A program made the position numbers and the translations under genes. A DNA stretch of 64,000 nt from a virus. The notes beneath the pieces are model-generated. The model made no database searches. It saw only the letters and a program-made list of their open reading frames with translations, and was not told the DNA's origin. The stretch spans positions 32,184-96,183 of IMG/VR virus record IMGVR_UViG_3300018875_000004. One strand, given 5' to 3'. This document shows, piece after piece, positions 62,430 to 64,000 of the stretch (its first letter is position 1; every line of letters starts with the position of its first letter).

Positions 62430-62840
62430 TTACAGTTCTGTGCTTTGGTTGACGACGATTGGCGTGTCTTCACCACCATCTACAAAGCAGAAGAAATCGA
62501 TTTGATAAATGTCGGTCGGTACCGCTCTGACTTCTACGTCTGTAGCAGTGAACCGGCCGTCATACGTTAATGTCTTGAGTAGCTGCTGAACGCCCTGCTG
62601 GGCTGTCTGAGGCGTGTTGGGTTCTCCCTCCAGCAATTCCAGGTCTCCGCCAATCTGCGGGTGAGAGCGCCAATCTCCGGTCTGTGTGCGAGCCCGGTTG
62701 CTGATATCCTGCCGAGCAGAATCATAGTCTGCTGTCAGCAGTAGATCGACAAGCCCGTCCGCATCCGGCTGCCCCGCCACCAGATCGCCATCAATGCTAT
62801 CGCCATAAAAGGCGGCATCCTTCTCGTTATACTTCGCCAT
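62430..62840 (-). CDS. gp25-like baseplate wedge / sheath initiator
   Basis: QDISNRARTQTGDWRSHPQIGGDL..L.G..N..LTYDGRF. Confidence 0.75.
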   Translation of the reverse strand: MAKYNEKDAAFYGDSIDGDLVAGQPDADGLVDLLLTADYDSARQDISNRARTQTGDWRSHPQIGGDLELLEGEPNTPQTAQQGVQQLLKTLTYDGRFTATDVEVRAVPTDIYQIDFFCFVDGGEDTPIVVNQSTEL

Positions 62841-63180
62841 TGTCCTTCCCTCCGATCATGTTCAGAATCTCGGCGTACTCATCGTTGATTGGATTAAACT
62901 CCTGATCGCCGCTGACTACCTGAAAGTCATTCGTGAACATGCGTATCTTCGGCGCGAAAAAACCGATTGTCATTGTTGCAGGATCAAGCCTGAATCCCAG
63001 ATTGTAATAGGAAAACCCCTCTAAGACACCATTGTCCCGCGCCAGAATACCAGCGCCGGACGTGTCATTAATGATTCCCACATCATTCGTTTTTGCGTGT
63101 GACGATTGCTCCGCCATTTCATCAATGTTCTGGTCGTCACCGGTCATCATGTTTTCTAATTGCTCCATCCAATTTTGCAA
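62827..63180 (-). CDS. Baseplate spike-associated protein
   Basis: Lies between the OB-fold and gp25-like genes; short beta-strand run; TTG start uncertain. Confidence 0.55.
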   Translation of the reverse strand: MQNWMEQLENMMTGDDQNIDEMAEQSSHAKTNDVGIINDTSGAGILARDNGVLEGFSYYNLGFRLDPATMTIGFFAPKIRMFTNDFQVVSGDQEFNPINDEYAEILNMIGGKDNGEV

Positions 63181-63184
63181 CGCG

Positions 63185-63592
63185 TTACACCCCCAGACTA
63201 CCGAAGAAGTCAGATATTCTATACTTTAGATTGTTCCAGAATAAATCGAGCTGTCCAGGCTCCCGGTAGTAGCCGGTTACGATCGGCTGCTTGCGATCAC
63301 CATTGACGAACTGCACCCATACTCGGTCGTTGACTTCCAGTCCTTTATCGATAACGCCTTGCGAGTAAACAAAGCACGGCACCGAGTGATATTGAATCAC
63401 GCGGCTGCCGTTAGGCACATCGATGTCTACGGTGTGTCTTTGTTCCTTTGGCAGGTCTTTACCTTCAAAGGATGTTGCGTTTGGATAGTATTTTGTAACG
63501 TAGCCGATCAGCCCTGCAGTACTCTTATCAAGAGCACTCTCAGTTCCCTGTTGGCTGATTTTCCGGCTGACGTTTCCCTGCTCCATGGCCAT
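63185..63592 (-). CDS. Baseplate spike OB-fold protein (gpV/gp5-N-like)
   Basis: GYVT..TVDI..VP..LEVNDRVWVQFVNGDRKQPIVTG. Confidence 0.75.
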   Translation of the reverse strand: MAMEQGNVSRKISQQGTESALDKSTAGLIGYVTKYYPNATSFEGKDLPKEQRHTVDIDVPNGSRVIQYHSVPCFVYSQGVIDKGLEVNDRVWVQFVNGDRKQPIVTGYYREPGQLDLFWNNLKYRISDFFGSLGV

Positions 63593-63605
63593 GACTTACT
63601 CCCCC

Positions 63606-64000
63606 TTATTTCGTGCGCGGATAGGACAGATGCAGGTGGTTATTATGATCGTTGCGCTGCTGGATTGCTACGTTCGGATACTTTGCCTTCATCTCTGCCA
63701 CCACATCTACGTCGCCGTGAATGACGCCGCCGAATCCAACTTGGATTGCCAGTTCAAACAGAATGCGCAGGTTTTCTTTATCCTTGCTGCCTTTGGCGAA
63801 ACGGCATTTGCCGCCGATAAATCCGCAGTTCGGAGTGTCCACGTCTACGCCATATCCGGTGCCGTGCCAGTTTGGATCGCCTTCGCGGTAAGCGCTGGTA
63901 ATGCAGATCGTCTGGCCGGTTCTCTTCTTGTATTCCTTACCGAGCGCTTCGAGCAGGTCGTAGCTGGCTTGACGGACATACGGCGAAGATGTAACCATTG
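63606..64000 (-). CDS. C-terminal M15 (LAS) zinc peptidase domain of a tail-associated lysin/hub, 5' truncated by the window
   Basis: ITSAYR..H..GYGVDVD..HNNHLHLS. Confidence 0.8.
   Translation of the reverse strand, partial: MVTSSPYVRQASYDLLEALGKEYKKRTGQTICITSAYREGDPNWHGTGYGVDVDTPNCGFIGGKCRFAKGSKDKENLRILFELAIQVGFGGVIHGDVDVVAEMKAKYPNVAIQQRNDHNNHLHLSYPRTK

Larger units (their letters stand above)
1..64000 (-). mobile_element. Segment of a large contractile-tailed (myovirus-like) phage/prophage or phage-plasmid
   Basis: Baseplate J, gp25-like and spike genes, holin, Sak recombinase, primase, helicase and RNR are tightly packed on one strand with ATGA/TAATG overlaps. No host housekeeping genes. 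Confidence 0.9.

Noticed and set aside
46274-64000. Stand-alone eCIS or tailocin
   Set aside because: Contiguous with primase, helicase, recombinase and RNR and sharing the same operator motif, which favours a replicating phage. Capsid genes are outside the window, so this is not proven.

Overview
The whole window looks like part of one large tailed phage or prophage/phage-plasmid, probably of a Bacillota (Paenibacillus/Bacillus-like) host. This is inferred from GGAGG RBSs, sigmaA-type promoters, a class Ib RNR and a TcdE-type holin. Every credible gene is on the minus strand. Read from the right end (the direction of transcription), it holds: (1) contractile-tail baseplate core genes (M15 peptidase domain, spike OB-fold, gp25-like, baseplate J); (2) an AT-richer mosaic cluster of receptor-binding proteins built from shared docking modules, discoidin domains and C-type-lectin-fold domains; (3) a ~31 kb block of very large baseplate-associated proteins (2805, 1713 and 1659 aa, plus a paralog family) carrying PA14, thrombospondin-C-like, vWA, Ig/PKD and an HEXXH lethal-factor-like protease domain; (4) holin, then a Sak/Rad52 recombinase, PriS-PriL-like primase and DnaB-like helicase; (5) small accessory genes including a Tad2-like (DUF2829) gene and a degenerate HD protein; (6) nrdIEF and a MazG-like NTP pyrophosphatase. 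The most notable observations are: a dispersed 14-bp palindrome TGTAAYRYGTTACA at promoters and gene junctions; an apparent donor-strand split between the 611-aa and 1659-aa proteins; and a pervasive nested domain-insertion architecture, including a PA14 domain split into three pieces. All domain calls come from motif recognition by eye, with no database searches. No tRNA, rRNA, CRISPR array, reverse transcriptase or integrase was seen.
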